Below the pieces are notes generated by a model, which was not told the DNA's origin, did no database searches, and saw nothing but the letters and a program-made list of their open reading frames with translations. This document shows positions 12,507 through 26,312 of a stretch of DNA of 64,000 nucleotides, one piece after another; positions within the stretch are counted from its first letter, which is position 1; each line of letters starts with the position of its first letter. The stretch lies in NCBI GenBank assembly GCA_958009085.1, contig OY253669.1:1612001-1676000 (forward strand), in the 5' to 3' direction. A program made the translations under genes and the position numbers. The DNA comes from Protoeuglena noctilucae. Its lineage: Eukaryota.

Positions 12507-15500
12507 ATGGGATTCCTCACCTCGCGGCGCTCGTCGGGAGCCTCCCTGCCGCGGTACGCCCCAGATGGCACCCCCATCGCGCATTCCGTGACGGGCGTCG
12601 AAGGGGAGCCAACTTCTGGCGACGGCCACGGCCACCACCTGGAGCGGTCGCGGCATTCCCTGGCGGCAATCAGCATCTCGGACAGCGTTAGCCTCCGTCC
12701 CCCGGCAAGGGCAGGCTGGCTTCCGACACGCAGCCTGCCGCCTCTCGTACCCTGCAGCTCTCACAGCAGCCGGTCTTTGCTCTCAGGTCCCGAGCGAGTC
12801 TGGCAACCCGGGCCCCTCCAGCGCCAGGCCCAAGAAGCGCCTCTCCGCCATCGCCAACTTCCAGCAGTGCTTCGGCTGCGGATCCGGGAGCCGCAACACC
12901 AACTCAGACAGGCGAGAGGCGCGAAGCCCTGGGAGCGGCCCTGCCAGTCTCCTGAGCCCAGGGGAACGGACCCTGACAGCGGCCCCGACACGTGTGCCGC
13001 GCCCGCAGCGACATCGAGGAGACGTCCCAGGGGCGGCTGGTGCCGGGCGGTGATTCGTTCGACGACCCGGACCTGGCCAAGCCCTGGAAGCACGATGACC
13101 CAGCCCTTGCATGGGCACCCGACGACCCCGGGTTCGCCACTGGGCCCTCGGGACCGCAGACCTTCTACCTCCACACCCAGGCCCTCGTGGCGCCCCACGG
13201 CGGCAGGCTCGTCCCCATCACCAGCGGTGCGCCCCCGCAGCGGCTCGCTGGATTCTTCCTCATTCAGCCCCTCCAGGCCATGCACTGCATGCACACCCCT
13301 CCCCCCGCGCGCAGTGGGCGCACCAGCCCCGCCGGGCATGCCGGTGGGCATCCCGATCAAGGGAGTTTTCACGCCCATGGAAGCTCGGCCTGCGAACATG
13401 CCGATGCCCCCGGCGCCCGCCCCACCCAGCCTTGCCCCCGGCCCCGGGCCCTCGAACATGCCCCCAGATGACCTCAACCCTGCGGCCGTCACCTTTGCGA
13501 TCAGAGGCCAGGGAGGGCCCAGCCTCCACGCGGGCGGGGCGGCCCCTGCGCCCGATGCCGTGCCTGGGATGTCGTCCCCAGGGGGCCGGCCACCGCAGCC
13601 CCGGCCGCTCCCAGAGCTGACGCTGGCCATCACGTCGCCGAGCCAGGATCCGCCCCACGCGCAGCTGATCGCGTTCCCTCCGCCGCTCAGCACCGCGTCT
13701 GGCGACCTCCACCGCCACACCCAGTCCCAGGGTACCCCCCGCGCGTCCCCCAGCACCAAGATCCGCCTCGTCATCAAGGTGCGCGGTAAAGGGTTAACCA
13801 CGCCGATCCCAGCGCCCAACCCTCACCATCCACGGCCCTGGCTCAGCACCCGCCCAGCGTCGTTGTGCCATGACGTGCGAGAGGGCCATCCTTCACCCTA
13901 TCCTCTTCATTCACGTCCACCCACGCAGTGTGGCTTCCGCATGGACAACTTGAGCGGCGCGGAGCCGGGTTCCTTCTCGAAGCTCGTCGACGTCCCGCGC
14001 GAAGGGCCCCTATCACATGTCGAGAATTTGTGCAGGGGCGTGGCCGGGCTGCCGCCCCACGCAGACATGAGCCTGGCCTTCCTCCTGCCCGGCGCCGGTG
14101 CCGGCTCAGACAACGAGGTGATGGCAGCGCCGGTGCTCGCCAGGTCGCCTGCGCAAGCTGGAACGCGCCACACGCGGGCACTGGCTGCAACAGTGCACTC
14201 CTTATCACACACAACAGCCCGCACAGTCGCCCGCCCTCCCCGCGCGCGCAGTTGATGAACTTGGAGACGCCCGATGACTGGGAGGTGCTCGTGAGCGAGT
14301 ACGATGCGCTGCCCCCGGGTCAGCGCGTGCGGGTGTACGTTCTCTCGGGCCGCAAGGGCCCCAGCCTCGCCCTGTCCCGAGAGCACTCGCGAGGATCGAA
14401 CCGGTCCGGCGTGCACAGCCACGGCAGCCACGGGAGCCACGGCGGGCACGGGCCCCACGGCGCCCACCCCAGCCCCCACCACGCGACCCAGGGCTCCCAC
14501 ACGCACGCCAGCCCCCTGTCGCGCCCGCGGCCCCACCACGGCCGCTCCAACTCGGTGCCGGGGCTGGACCTCGTGCAGATCGGACTCGACCAGGCGGAGA
14601 GGATGGCGGCATCCAACGGCCCGCCCTCGGCCCGCAGCGCCACGTCCCACCTCCACGGCATCGCCTCAGGTGACTGCCACCACCACTCAAGCACTACTAT
14701 GCCACCACTGTACTGCCATTGCACCACCACTCTACCACTACTATGCCACCGCCGTTCTGCCTCGTGTGCCTCCTTGTGCTAGCTCTAACCAGCCCCACCC
14801 AGCTGCGCCCACCTCCACCCGCCCCGCGCTTCACTGCCCGCAGCCTCGCCCATTCCCATCCTGCCCCCCTCGGGTCCCCTGGCACCCGGGCCGCACTCGA
14901 ACTCCGCGAGGTCCCGCGCCCGCGTCTCCCGGCAGCACGCCACCCCGATGATCCGCATGGGCTCGGTGGGTGACATTGACGCCATGCGCGACGCCCCCAG
15001 CCCCACCCCGGGCCCCGCGTCCCTTTCCAAGTCGCCCCACGACAGCCTGTGGGCCGCGCCCCCGATCAGCCCCGGCTCAGCGTCGCGACACAAGCGGTCC
15101 AGTCACGGGGGGTGAGGAGACACGCATGTAACTCACCGCCACCCCGCACGCACACGTATGCTGCCGCCCCATCAACACCTCACCGCCTTTCCTTGGTGGA
15201 TTTACAATCTCACAAGAAGAATGACCTCGCATCTTATTCTCACCACGTCCCCCCGCCCTTGCAGGTTCGTGCACCCGCCTCCCCGCCCGCACCACCAGCG
15301 TAAGGGCAGCCTGGACGGCGACCCCCCGCGCCCCATCTCAGCGCGCGCATCGCTGCCGACCGGGCGCGCGGCGTCCCCCGTGCGCCACGGCCCGGGCCTG
15401 GACCCGGACTCTGCGCGCGGCGTGCCGCACCGGCACTCGTCGCTGCAGGGAGTGGCCGCGTGGCCGGCGGCTGCGGTCGACACCGCGTGGCCCTCCGGGT

Positions 15501-18500
15501 CGACCCTGTCCCGCCCGGAGCACTCGTCGCGGCTGGGCGGCCACGAGGACGACGCCACGAGCGCATGCAGCAACGCGAGCGTGGTCATCCACCCCTCACC
15601 CCGGGACTCTGCGCCTCGCGACAGCGCTGGGCGGCGGGGGGGCCAGGGCCCGCCCCTGCCGCACCGGGGGTCCCACTCGGACGCCGCCGCTGCCATCATC
15701 GACGAGGTGCTCCTCTCTCGCGGCCGCGGGGGCGTGGACCCATGGCACCCCTACGCCACGTCGCAGGTGAGGGGCTTTGGGGCGTGCACGGGCACGGCTC
15801 GCCCACCTCTGTGATGAACTGACAAAGTGCCGATCGGCGATGGGAGCGTTGATCCGGAATGAATGCCCCGTTTCCATCCAACTGCGTTGGTAGCACTGCC
15901 ACCGATCCAACCCTGACGCATGCCCATCTCACCTGCCCTCTGCCCCGCCGTCTGCATCCATACTGCTGCAGCTTCCCACTAAGCCCATCTTAGCTTCCCT
16001 CCCGTCCCTGCAGGGCTCCGAGGGCGACGCGCTGCCACTAGCGCGGGTGTCCCAGGGCAGCGGGGCGCGCTACAACGTCAAGTCGCCCGGCTCGCACGGC
16101 CGCCCCGACGACCCCGGGCTGCTGTCCGAGTCCGCGAGCGGCATGTCGAACGTGTCGCCCCGCGCCGTGGGCGACACGGCTACCTCGGACGCCCTGGGAG
16201 CGGGGGATTCGATGGATAGCCCCCGTGCGCCTCTGTACAGCCCCCAGTCCACTACGCCGTCCCACCTGGGCCGCATCGAGGAGGAGCCGCGGGGGCGCGT
16301 CTGGGGGAGCGGCCTCGCCAGGAAGGATGCGCACCGGTCCAGCAGGCACCTGCGCAAGCGATCCGTCGAGGACATCGGTGAGGGGCTGTATGGGCATTGC
16401 AGGCTGTGCTGGGGGAGCTAAGGGGTGCGTGCTGTGCCGGGCATGGTGGGGTGGAGTTAAGTTGCATGACGTACTTGCATATGAGCACATGGGTCGTTGC
16501 ATGGGTGGCCGTGCGCGGGCATGGTAGGCTACCATGCGTGGGGTGGGCTTGCGCACGACGGCGCTTGTGACGGCTGCCCTCCGACCCTGGGAGTCTCTCG
16601 GCGCCGCAGTGATGAAGGACAGGCAGGACGGGAACGAGGGCGACGACGAGGATGCGCGGCCGGGGTCGGGGCAGGACGCACGGCGCCGTGGGGCGTCTAA
16701 GCCCGAGACACCTCAGGCGGAGGACACGGTGGGGGCGGGCGACGAGGGCGTGGTGGGGATGGGCGTGGAGGAGATGGACGTGTCGTGGATCGCGGAGCTG
16801 ATCCGCGTCCGCGAGGCCCACGCGGCCCTGAAGCGGCAGCTGGACCGCCACCGTCGCCCCCGGTACCAGCACCGCACCCTGACGCAGCTGGTGGGGTTCT
16901 TCCGGAGGCACGAGCCGTACGAGCAGCTCTACTCGATCGAGGAGGAGCGGTCCATGTCGCAGTCGTTCGGGAGGGAGCCCGTGTACGTGGATCACGGGGA
17001 CACCGACTCGCGCAGCGCGTCGGACGGGGGGCAGGGCACGGCGGGGCCGGACCCGCGGCGGAGGGCGTGGGACGTCGAGGTGCCGCCGCCGGTGCCGGAG
17101 GACGGCGATGGGGAGCGGGGCGGGGTGCCGGAGAGCCCCGGGGGGGTTCACGCGGCGGGCCAAGTGGGGAGCGAGGGCGCCCCGCATCTGCGCATCCCCA
17201 CCGGCAGCACCTGGGCCATCACACCCTCGGACGCGTCCCAGTCGCTCGACGGCAACCTACCGGTGAGTGCCCGGCCCCAGCTGTGGTATCCGTGCTGCCA
17301 TGCGGCGGCCTCTGCCTGGCCTCCAGCACACGTCTGCTGCAGAGCTGCGTCATGGGCGGCTGTGCGAGCGAGGGAGTTGCGATGATCAACTGTACGCCTC
17401 GCCTTATCTCATGCAGACGGCCGTGTTGCCCAAGGACTTTTCAGAGACGCGGTCGGTGGGCGGATCGGAGCTGTCGCTTCGGGAGATGGACCGCATCGCA
17501 GCCAGCCAGTCCGCGGCAGAGGACGGCGCGGGGTTGCGGGGTGGCGGGAGGCTCAGTGGGGGAGGCGGGGGGTTCAAGCCGCCCACGCGCCTCTCCACGG
17601 CTTCCCTTGGGGCCGCTGCGAGCGAGGCGGGGGCCCTGGGGGACTCGTGGGGCCGGGGGCTGGGGGCCGCGCTGACGTTGCCGTCGGCGGGGGCGGAGGC
17701 GGGGCCGGCGGGGGGCGCGGAGGAGCGGGAGCGTCCCGCGGTGGTTCGCCGCCCGCCGCGGCTGACGCTGTCGAGCGGACGGGACGATGCGGGCGCGGGA
17801 GCGGGGGCGGAGGGGCCGGGCGCGGCGGGGGCAGCTGGCGCGGACGCGGCCGCCGCGGAGAGGGACGAGCCGGAGCGGGGCGGGCACGCGGGGCAGGTGT
17901 GGGAGACGATCTCGCGCCAGTCGGGGCAGGTGCGGCGCGCGGGCGACAAGACGGCGCTGCCGATGCTGGTGGTGGGGAGCCAGGCGCCGGTGGGGCGGTG
18001 GAACACGCACGGGCAATGGGAGGAGGAGGAGCCGCTGCCGGAGCCCGAGGTGCCCAGCACGCTGCAGCAGATACCCCCAGGCGACTTGACCAAGGTCCGT
18101 GAGCTGGGGCGGGGTCAGTTCGGGGCGGTGTGGCACGAGCGGTGGCGCGGGGTGGACGTGGCGGTGAAGGAGCTGCACGGGGTCGGGGTGTCGGCGCGAA
18201 CGGAGATGATTCGGGAGGCTGCCACGCTGGCCACGCTTCGCCACCCGTGCGTGGTGGGCTTCTTCGGCATCATCCTCTCCGACGGTCTGTCGGCGACCGT
18301 GCTCGAGTTCGTGCGCGACGGCAACCTCAAAAAGGCCCTGCAGACGCGGGTGCGAAGGGACGGCCGCCTGCGGGACGGCTCCCGTCTGCGGCGCCTGTGC
18401 CTGCAGATCGCGCTGTCGGCCGCGCGGGGCATGGAGTACCTCCACTCCCAGAGCATCGTGCACTTCGACCTGAAGGCCGACAACCTCCTCTGCGACCTGC

Positions 18501-18997
18501 GGGACCTGGGCAACCCGGTAGTCAAGGTCGGAGACCTGGGACTCTCCCAGCAGAAGGCCGCCACCTTCGTGTCTGGCAAGATGCGCGGCACCATCCCCTG
18601 GATGGCCCCGGAGCTGTTCGGGCCCATGGCGCGGGACCTGACGGCCGAGGGGGAGGGGTCTGGGAACGCGAGCGACTCGCCAAAGGACGAGCACGGGGAC
18701 GGGGGCGTGACGGAGAAGGTTGACGTGTTCTCGTTCGGGGTGACCATGTGGGAGATATGGACGCTCGGGGAGACGCCCTACAGCGGCGTGCCGATCCCCA
18801 AGGTCCTGCAGGGCGTCATGGGGGGCACGCTGCGCCCGGAGGTGCCTGCCGACTGCGACGCCGGGTGGGCCAGCCTCATGCAGCGGTGCTGGCACAACCG
18901 CGCGCCGTCGCGGCCCAGCTTCTCGGAGATTTGCCGGGAACTGGAGACCATGGTGTCCCTGTGCGACGCGACGGCGGACGACGCCGGGGACGAGTGA
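12507..18997 (+). CDS. Raf-like MAPKKK, B4 subgroup (N-terminal PB1-like domain, C-terminal kinase), multi-exon
   Basis: PB1-like segment KIRLVIK...SLAFLLPG...LMNLETPDDWEVLVSEYD. Kinase RELGRGQFGAVWHERWRGVDVAVK, IVHFDLKADNLLCDLRDLGNPVVKVGDLGLS, MRGTIPWMAPEL; the HFDLK-DNLL-LRD motif is typical of B4 RAFs. Start is tentative. Confidence 0.88.
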
Positions 18998-19694
18998 GCC
19001 AGGCGCTCACTCTCCACACCACAGGTCCACCTGTGGTGCTGTGCGGGGGGCTGGGGGGAGTGGGGTGCTGCGGCCAAGCGTGGGGTTGGAGTGAATGGGG
19101 TGCCCCTGGTTGTCACGGCTGCTGCCTCAAGCCTATGCCGGCGCTTACGCCGTCTTCTAGCTATCGTGACCTATCCTTGATTGCATCGTCCTAGCAGGGC
19201 CCGTCGGGGCGCCGCCCTTTGATGCGCGCTTGTAGCGCCAGCCTTTCCTGTGTCATGAGTGTTGTCATGTCCGCCGGCCCCATTGCTGGCGCCGCAGAGC
19301 GATTCGTGAATCCAGTAACAGTCCGGGGATTCGTATAGCATGGTGCAGGTCCGCGCTTTTTGAAACAGTGCAGAATGGGAGGCGTCAATTGCTACGTCCA
19401 TCTCCAGCTTGCGATTGGCGTGTTATGTCTCTTGACGACAGTGTCGCCAACACATGCCGGCCTGCACTGGCCGTCGGTCTCCCTCACGCAGGGCGAACGC
19501 CGGCAGCGGAGCTCCCTTTGCCGAAGAGCACGAAGGGGGTGTCCGGCAGACGTGGCTTGGTCGCGTCTGCCGGATCGGCCTTGCACTTGCTGCGTGGGCA
19601 ATAGAATAGAGAAGCAAGTTGGCCCATCGATCAAACCTTATCTGGCGCAAGTAATGCCCGGTCGCAGCTCCTGTCCCTTTGGCACCCCCCGTGC

Positions 19695-22600
19695 TCACCC
19701 GAGGAGGTTGAGCAGTCCGCTGGTGCGTGGCTTGGGGGACGGGTCCTGGGCGGTCGAGGTGGTGGCCGCGAGCGACTGCGTGACGCCGCGGAACGACGGC
19801 CGAGGCTCGGCGGGCGGGGCTTCGGCCGGGCGGGACTTGGCGGAGGGCGGCCCGGCGCTGGCGTCGCTGCCGGCGGCGACGCGCGCAAAGACGAAGGAGC
19901 GTGAGTTGGAGGCGTCCGTGTCGACCGTCATGCGCGGGCGCTTCCCGGCGGGGCACGCCGCGTGCTTGCCCAGGAAGGACAGCTGCGGGGGCCAGGCGGG
20001 GTGGGATTGGAGACTGGGCAGGGAGAGCTGACCGGACGCCGCACTTTAACAGGGCTGAGGTGGGCAACCATTCTCACCTGGGAGTCGCGTAAGAGCGGGG
20101 CAAAACTGAAGCAGGACCCCTCAGAGCCGACGAGCCCAGCCATGGAAAAGGACTCGCTGCCGGGCAGCGCCCCGTCACCGCCTCTCGAGGCCGCACTGGC
20201 CCGGGCAGGTCCCGCCGCCGCCGCGGGCCTCTCGGCGCGTTGAATGAAGCGGAGGATTTTCTTCGAGGCTTCGTCCAGGGGGACCTCGCTGCCGGCCTTC
20301 ACGGGCGAGGCGGCCGTGTCATCTCTCGCCGGCACCCGTGCCGCCAGCCTGCAGGGGCAATGCAAGCGTCTCTTGGCACAACGACTGGGAGCTGAGCGGC
20401 CGAGGTGCAGCTGAAGCCACCCGCAGACGCACGCAACCGCACAAGATGCCCCACTGTGGCGATGTCCGGCCGCCCCCGCACCCGCAGCCCAGCAATCCAT
20501 GGTCCCCGATACCATCCCTCACCGCGACCGCCTCCGCGCCTCCTCCGTGTACTCCTCCGCGTCCCACCCGCTCCCTGCAGCCCCGTAGACCCCAGGGCCT
20601 GCGTTATCAGCACCGTCGGCGTCCCGGTCATCCCCACCCCGCTCCATGGCCGCCGCAGCGCGCGCCGCCCGCCTCCGCCGCGCGTCCGCGTCAGTCCCCA
20701 GGTCGTCCCCCACCAGGCCCCGCTCCCGCCGCCCCAGCAGCCGCGCCCGCCACCCCGTCTTGACCCCACGCATCACCGCCTCCAAACGCCGCTGGTCCTC
20801 CTCCTCCTCCAGACGACCGTGCACCATGTCCCGAACCATCGCATCCCACCTCCGCTCCCGCGCCTGCGAACATGCAGGGTAGCGCTTTAAGTAACACCCG
20901 GCTAGCTCGTTTAGCACAGTCTGCGATCCCTGTCTGGCTCTGTCCACGTCGGCAGACTCCTGGAGCGAGCCTGCCAGCCCAACCCACCCCATGCCCTGCA
21001 TGCATCGATCCCGCTCCCACGCACCTTGGTGTCAATGAGCTCCGCCAAGTTGCCGTCGTCGTCAGCGTCCTCGTCGTCTCCATCGTCCGTGTGCCCCTCA
21101 TCCTCCGACATCTCCGCCTCCAGAGCCATCAACGCCGCCCCTGCCTTCTCTGCCTCGATCGCCTCCGCGCTCGCTTCCTCGCCCGGCCCGTCCCGCTCCC
21201 CTTCCTCCACCACCCCGCCTGCCGGGCCCTCGCCCTCCTCCCCCGACGCATCTGAGGACTCCTCTTCGCTCTCCGCCCCCTGCGACCCATCCCCGCTGCC
21301 GTCCGGGGCCGCAAACACCTCCGCGGCCGCAGCGTCCCTCTCTGTCGCCTTCTTGCGCCGCATGAAGGTGACGAGCGGAGTCTCCGGGCCGTCCCCCGTC
21401 GCAGCAACCCCTTCCGCCACTTCCGCCCCGTCGCTCTTTGCCGCCCCATCGTCCCCGCCCTCGCTCCCGCTTGCCTCCTCACTCCCCGCCTCCGCTGTCA
21501 GGCTCTTCTTCGCCCGCCGCTTGCGCCGCCGCTGCAGGAAGAGTCGGCCTCAGGTCGTCACGGTGTAGCAAGTCACACACCGATGGCAATGCCAATGGTG
21601 TGCCGCAGTCAGTCGCAACCCCACCCGACCCATACCTGACCCCTTTAACCCTCCCTTCACGTCCAGGACCGCTGACCACCATGTCGTACCACCTCTGCAA
21701 CACACAGCCCACCATCTCGTGCCCCTCACCTTCTCGTCCTCGTCGTCCTCCGCCTCGTCATAGTCCAGAGCCACGATGTCCTCATCGTCGTTGAACAAGA
21801 TCGATTCCTCGTCGCTCTCGTCCTCCTCGCCGCCCTCCTCTGCCGCCTGGGCACCTCCCGGGGCCACGCGCGCACCCTCCAGGCTACCGCCGCCGTCCTG
21901 CAAAGCCACGCCACCGCGCTCCTCGACGCTCAGCACCCGCGCGCTGCCCTTTACGACTGTATCCGTCCCGCAACACGAGCACCCGGGCCCTCACCTCTCC
22001 CTCCTCGACCACGATGTCGTCCTCGTCCTCGTCAACCAGCTTCATAACTTCTTGGATGTCCACTATGGGGCGCCGTTGCTTGCGGGCCTCTTCCTGGACA
22101 GCTGCCGCGCGCTCTTGCATTCGCGAGAGGAAGTTGGCGATGGGGCGGATCTCGGGGTTGAAGCCCTGCCCGATGCGGTCTGCATGGGGGGTGGGGCGAG
22201 GGCGGGGGACGTGAGTGGCCGTGCACAGGCACCTGGCGGCAAAGATAGCCCTGCACACATGAGCAGAGGCGAAGCAGCTGCGTTGAGGCCACAAACGCCC
22301 CACCTTTCTCCGCGGCTTCGCGAAGCATTCTCTGGGTCTCCATTCGTGCAGTCAAGGGGTCGGGACTGGCCTCCTCTGCGTCGTCGGGCGCCGCCGAAGC
22401 AGGCAGGCCGAACTTCGATTCCTCGTCGTGATCATGGTTCGCAATATCACCGGCGTCCGCCGCGTCCTCACGGCTAGCCGCAGCAGACGGGGAGCCATGC
22501 CCAGCCGTGGTTGCCGACGCCGAACGCTGGGACGACGCCGGGCCTACCTGCGCGTGGATGAGCACGCGGGAGTTCTGCTTCCTGTGAGGCGGTGTGCAAG

Positions 22601-22765
22601 CGAAGCCGACGTTCCAGCGGAAAAATACCGCGCGCAAACGCCGCGCACCCTCTCGGAGTCCACGTCCTTCCTCGGGGACCCCGAGGCCGCCTCCGATGCC
22701 TCGGGCAGGTCTATGTCTGCATCCTCCAGCGAGCAGACGGAGTCGACGGGCATGCTGAGGGCCAT
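19695..22765 (-). CDS. Mrc1/Claspin-like DNA replication checkpoint mediator, multi-exon
   Basis: Highly acidic protein. ETQRMLRE...IRPIANFLSR resembles the Claspin/Mrc1 ETQRxxRE block. LEAEMSEDEG...LAELIDTK...DQRRLEAVMRGVKTGWRAR resembles the MRC1-like domain. Confidence 0.65.
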
Positions 22766-23127
22766 GCGGGCCAGGGCGCCGTGCCACCTGGCACAGGCGG
22801 GTTTTGAAAGGGCGTCTCCCGCTGGCCACGCTGTCGCCTGGAGGGAGTTGGACGACCAAGCTCCGACGAGGTACTGCAGAGTTGGCGGGGCAGGGAGGCG
22901 CATGCGCTTCCCGCTGAGCCTTGGTCAGTTCCTGGCGTTGCGCGCGCTGGTTGGGCCGCCCCCGGTCCTGGGCTCAACGCAAGCGCCAGCAAACCGGTGC
23001 TGCTTTATTCTGCTACCACACTGTTAATGCGTTGATAGGCGAAACTTGTAGAAAACCTCCACAGTGTAGTCAGCTCTTCCACCGCCTCTTCAATTGCACT
23101 AAGGCCCGCCGCTGCGTTCCCCGCTCG

Positions 23128-23843
23128 ATGCTCAGGATGAGGAATACACGGCGAGACTACCAAAGAATCGACGATGCAGGCCCCACAGGGGTGAGGAACT
23201 GTGGTTGTCTAGGGCGTGAGCGCTCGCCACTGCTTCAATCCGCCTGCTGCTCAAGGACAAGCGGTGACGTGACGAGCTACTGTTCCACGCCTGGCTGTTC
23301 GCAGGACGCGACGCGATACGGGGCGGTGGAGGTGCGGGTGCCGTGGCGGGCCATCACCCTTGCTGTGGGCCTCCTGACGTCGGGGTGAGATCTCCAGCAC
23401 AATTCAATGCCCTTACGGTGCATCGGGATACCGCAGTCGGTCTGTTGTCGCGGCAAGCGCACAGCAAGCGTGGGTCGCGAGCGATGCACATGCTGTGTAA
23501 GCTGGCCATCAAGTTTATGATCGATATTTCTCTCCTCACGCGTTCCAGGATCACCCTGCTCATCCTGGGTGCCCTCTGCTGGGCGGACGTGATTCGGGGG
23601 AAGCCAGGGTCCGGACTTGCCCTGGTCCTCCTGGGGTTCATCACCTTCCTGCCAGGTCTGCGCGCTGTCAGCGGCAACTGTGCCGCCCTTGACACGAATG
23701 CCACCTGGCTTTGTCAGTACTTTTGTCCCTCACGCTGCATGCGGCCTCCTGCTGCTGCTGCAGGATACTACCAGGCCCGCATTGCTTACTACACGTGGCG
23801 TGGATACCCAGGATACGGCTACGACGAGATACCTGAGATGTGA
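23128..23843 (+). CDS. TMEM230: Transmembrane protein 230 (UPF0414) family, 4 exons
   Basis: VPWRAITLAVGLLTSGITLLILG...LALVLLGFITFLPGYYQARIAYYTWRGYPGYGYDEIP matches the TMEM230 signature. Confidence 0.9.
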
Positions 23844-24666
23844 ACTTGCATTGGGCCCGTGGCGCTGTGGCCTTGGGCGCAACAGGTCTGCCCTGCGCTG
23901 GCGCGATCATCACGTCGTGCTGTGGCACCCACCTGGGGCTCCCGGGCTCGCCTGCAAGCGCGCGGACGGGTTGCGCCAAGACGCTGCTAGCAAGGTAGAG
24001 GCATGCGTGTGATTCAATCGCGGACCCTCATCTTTTTGTCAGAAATGCGATACCAAGCGTCAATGACGCGCCCAGTCATAAGCCGGGCTTCGCCTCCTCG
24101 CCGCTGATACACTGTGACCAGACTCCATCACCCACAGCACCGCGAGATCATTTGAGTGGTGAGAGGCGACGACTCGCGCTTGTTTTCCCGGCGGCTCGAG
24201 TCGGAAGCGATGGCGCAGAGCTTGCAACCACCTTTCAGCTAAATGTCTTTCTCGCTGGGGCCGCGCCCGGCGGGCGGCATCAGCCTGGTGGCGGTCTTTG
24301 ATCTGCGGATGGAGTTCCCTGCGCACCGCCGGAGGGCCCATAGATTGCGGTGCTTGATGTTCGATGTAGAAGGAGACCATGGCTGGGCCAGCAAGTTCCG
24401 AGAGCGCTCCCTGGCCCGCGAGGCCCCTCGCGTTACGGAGACGGCCCGCCGGCGCCCTTCCGCCGCTTTCCGGCTTCGTTGGGAGCGATGCGGTCTCGGA
24501 AGCCAACTCGATCATGTTTGGAACCTAACCGCGAAGTCTCGGCCCCCGGCACGCAGGCATCGCGACGGAATCGAGGGGTGTGTGCGGCTGCGTCTGCGAG
24601 CAAGCACTGCGTCGTGGGCGGTGACGTTTCGCGCGGTGGCGCGGTGCTTCGTGCCTTGATAGTGGA

Positions 24667-26280
24667 ATGGCGGACATCCAGGCTCTTCAACAGCTGCTGG
24701 CAGGCCGCGGGGGCGCGGGGCTGTCGCAGCTCATGGGCATGGGCCTGCCGCGGCCTGCCGCGGGGACGGCGGCGAGGGCCAACACGAGCGGCGCACAGGT
24801 TAGGATATTTTTGACTGCCCGCGCGCCGGGTGCGGGTCCCGCGCGGTCCCTGGCGGGGCTCCCGAAGCACGTCCCGCCGCCCGCGCAGGCATGGACGGGG
24901 CTGCGGGACTTCGACGAGGTGACCATGGCGGAGCTGGGCAAGCTGCTGGAGCGCCTGAAGGCGCGTGGCGTCAAGGAGCTGCGCGTGCTCCTGCTGGGCA
25001 AGCCGGGCGTGGGCAAGACGTCCACTATGAATTCGATCCTCAATGAGAACGCCTCCGCGGTGGCCGCCTTCCGCGGCATGCCCAACGAGGTCGAGGTCGT
25101 CTCCCGGTACTCCAACGGCTTCACGCTGATGTTCCTCGACACCCCGGGCCTCACTTCCCAGGACGGCGTGTCGACTGCCGCGCTCCAGGCCATCACCGAG
25201 GAGCTCGAGGGCAACCCAGTGGATATCGGTGGGCCCCGCCTCGCGCCCGCGATCGCCGCGGCAAGCGGTGCGACCTCTCCTCACGCGCCGCCGCCCCGCC
25301 GCCCGCAGTGCTCTACGTGGATCGCTTGGACGCGTATCGCACCGACTCCCTGGACCTGGCCGTGGTGCGGGCCATCACGGACACGCTCGGGCGCGAAGTG
25401 TGGGACAACACAATTATCGCCCTCACCCACGCGGGCCTGGAGGGGCTCCCAGGTACGCGCGCCCGCCCGTGCCGGCTGGCAGCTGGTGACGGCCCTGCAG
25501 CGCGCGACATCCTTGCCCCCGCGCCGGATACCGCAGGTGGCTTCTCTTGGCACGAGTTCGTGGAGCGCCGGTCCCGCCAGGTCCAGGACCTGATCCGCCG
25601 CGGGGGCGGGCCTCGCGATGTGCCGGTGGCTTTGGTGGAGAACCGCAAGGCCGCGCTCCGGGGCGGCGTGGAGCTCCCGGACGAGTCGATGTGGCTGCCG
25701 GACCTGGTGGACATGATGGTGCAGGCCAAGGAGAACGGGCTGGAGCAGTACCGGTTCGATCCCGACACCCCGAAGGTGCATGGCGGTTGCGAGGAGTGGG
25801 CCTTTTGCCTCTCCGTGGTTGCGCCATTGACGGCGACAAGGAGGTTGATTCGCTGTACACCAATGCATGCGGGGCTCTTGGCTAAGGCTGCGGGGTGTCC
25901 CTGCAACCCCAGCGAGAGGATCTCTCATGTCAGGGCGCCGACCGCGCCCCTGTCTTTTGCCCACGCAGCGTGCGAGCCCGGACCGCCGTCGCAAGTGGCT
26001 GGTGCCGCTGCTGCTGGTGGCCCAGGTGGCGCTTAAGATGCTCGTGCTGGACCGAGTGCTGGAGGATGACGGTTGCGCAGGGGACCAGTACGGCCCGTAC
26101 GACGCAGCCACGACCGAGGCCAACCGGAAGCAGCTGGAGCAGGAGCGGACCAAGGGCAAGAGCCGGGGCGCGGAGGAGCCGGCGGGCAAGGCGGCCCCCG
26201 CTGCGGGAGCGGGCAAGGAGAGGAGGGAGCCGGAGCCCGTAAGGAAGCCGGTGGTGGCGAGCAGCGATGAGGACGAGGAC

Positions 26281-26312
<32 letters not shown>

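Noticed and set aside
24243..24659. 138-aa ORF just upstream of TOC34
   Set aside because: No recognisable motifs and atypical codon usage; probably promoter or UTR sequence.
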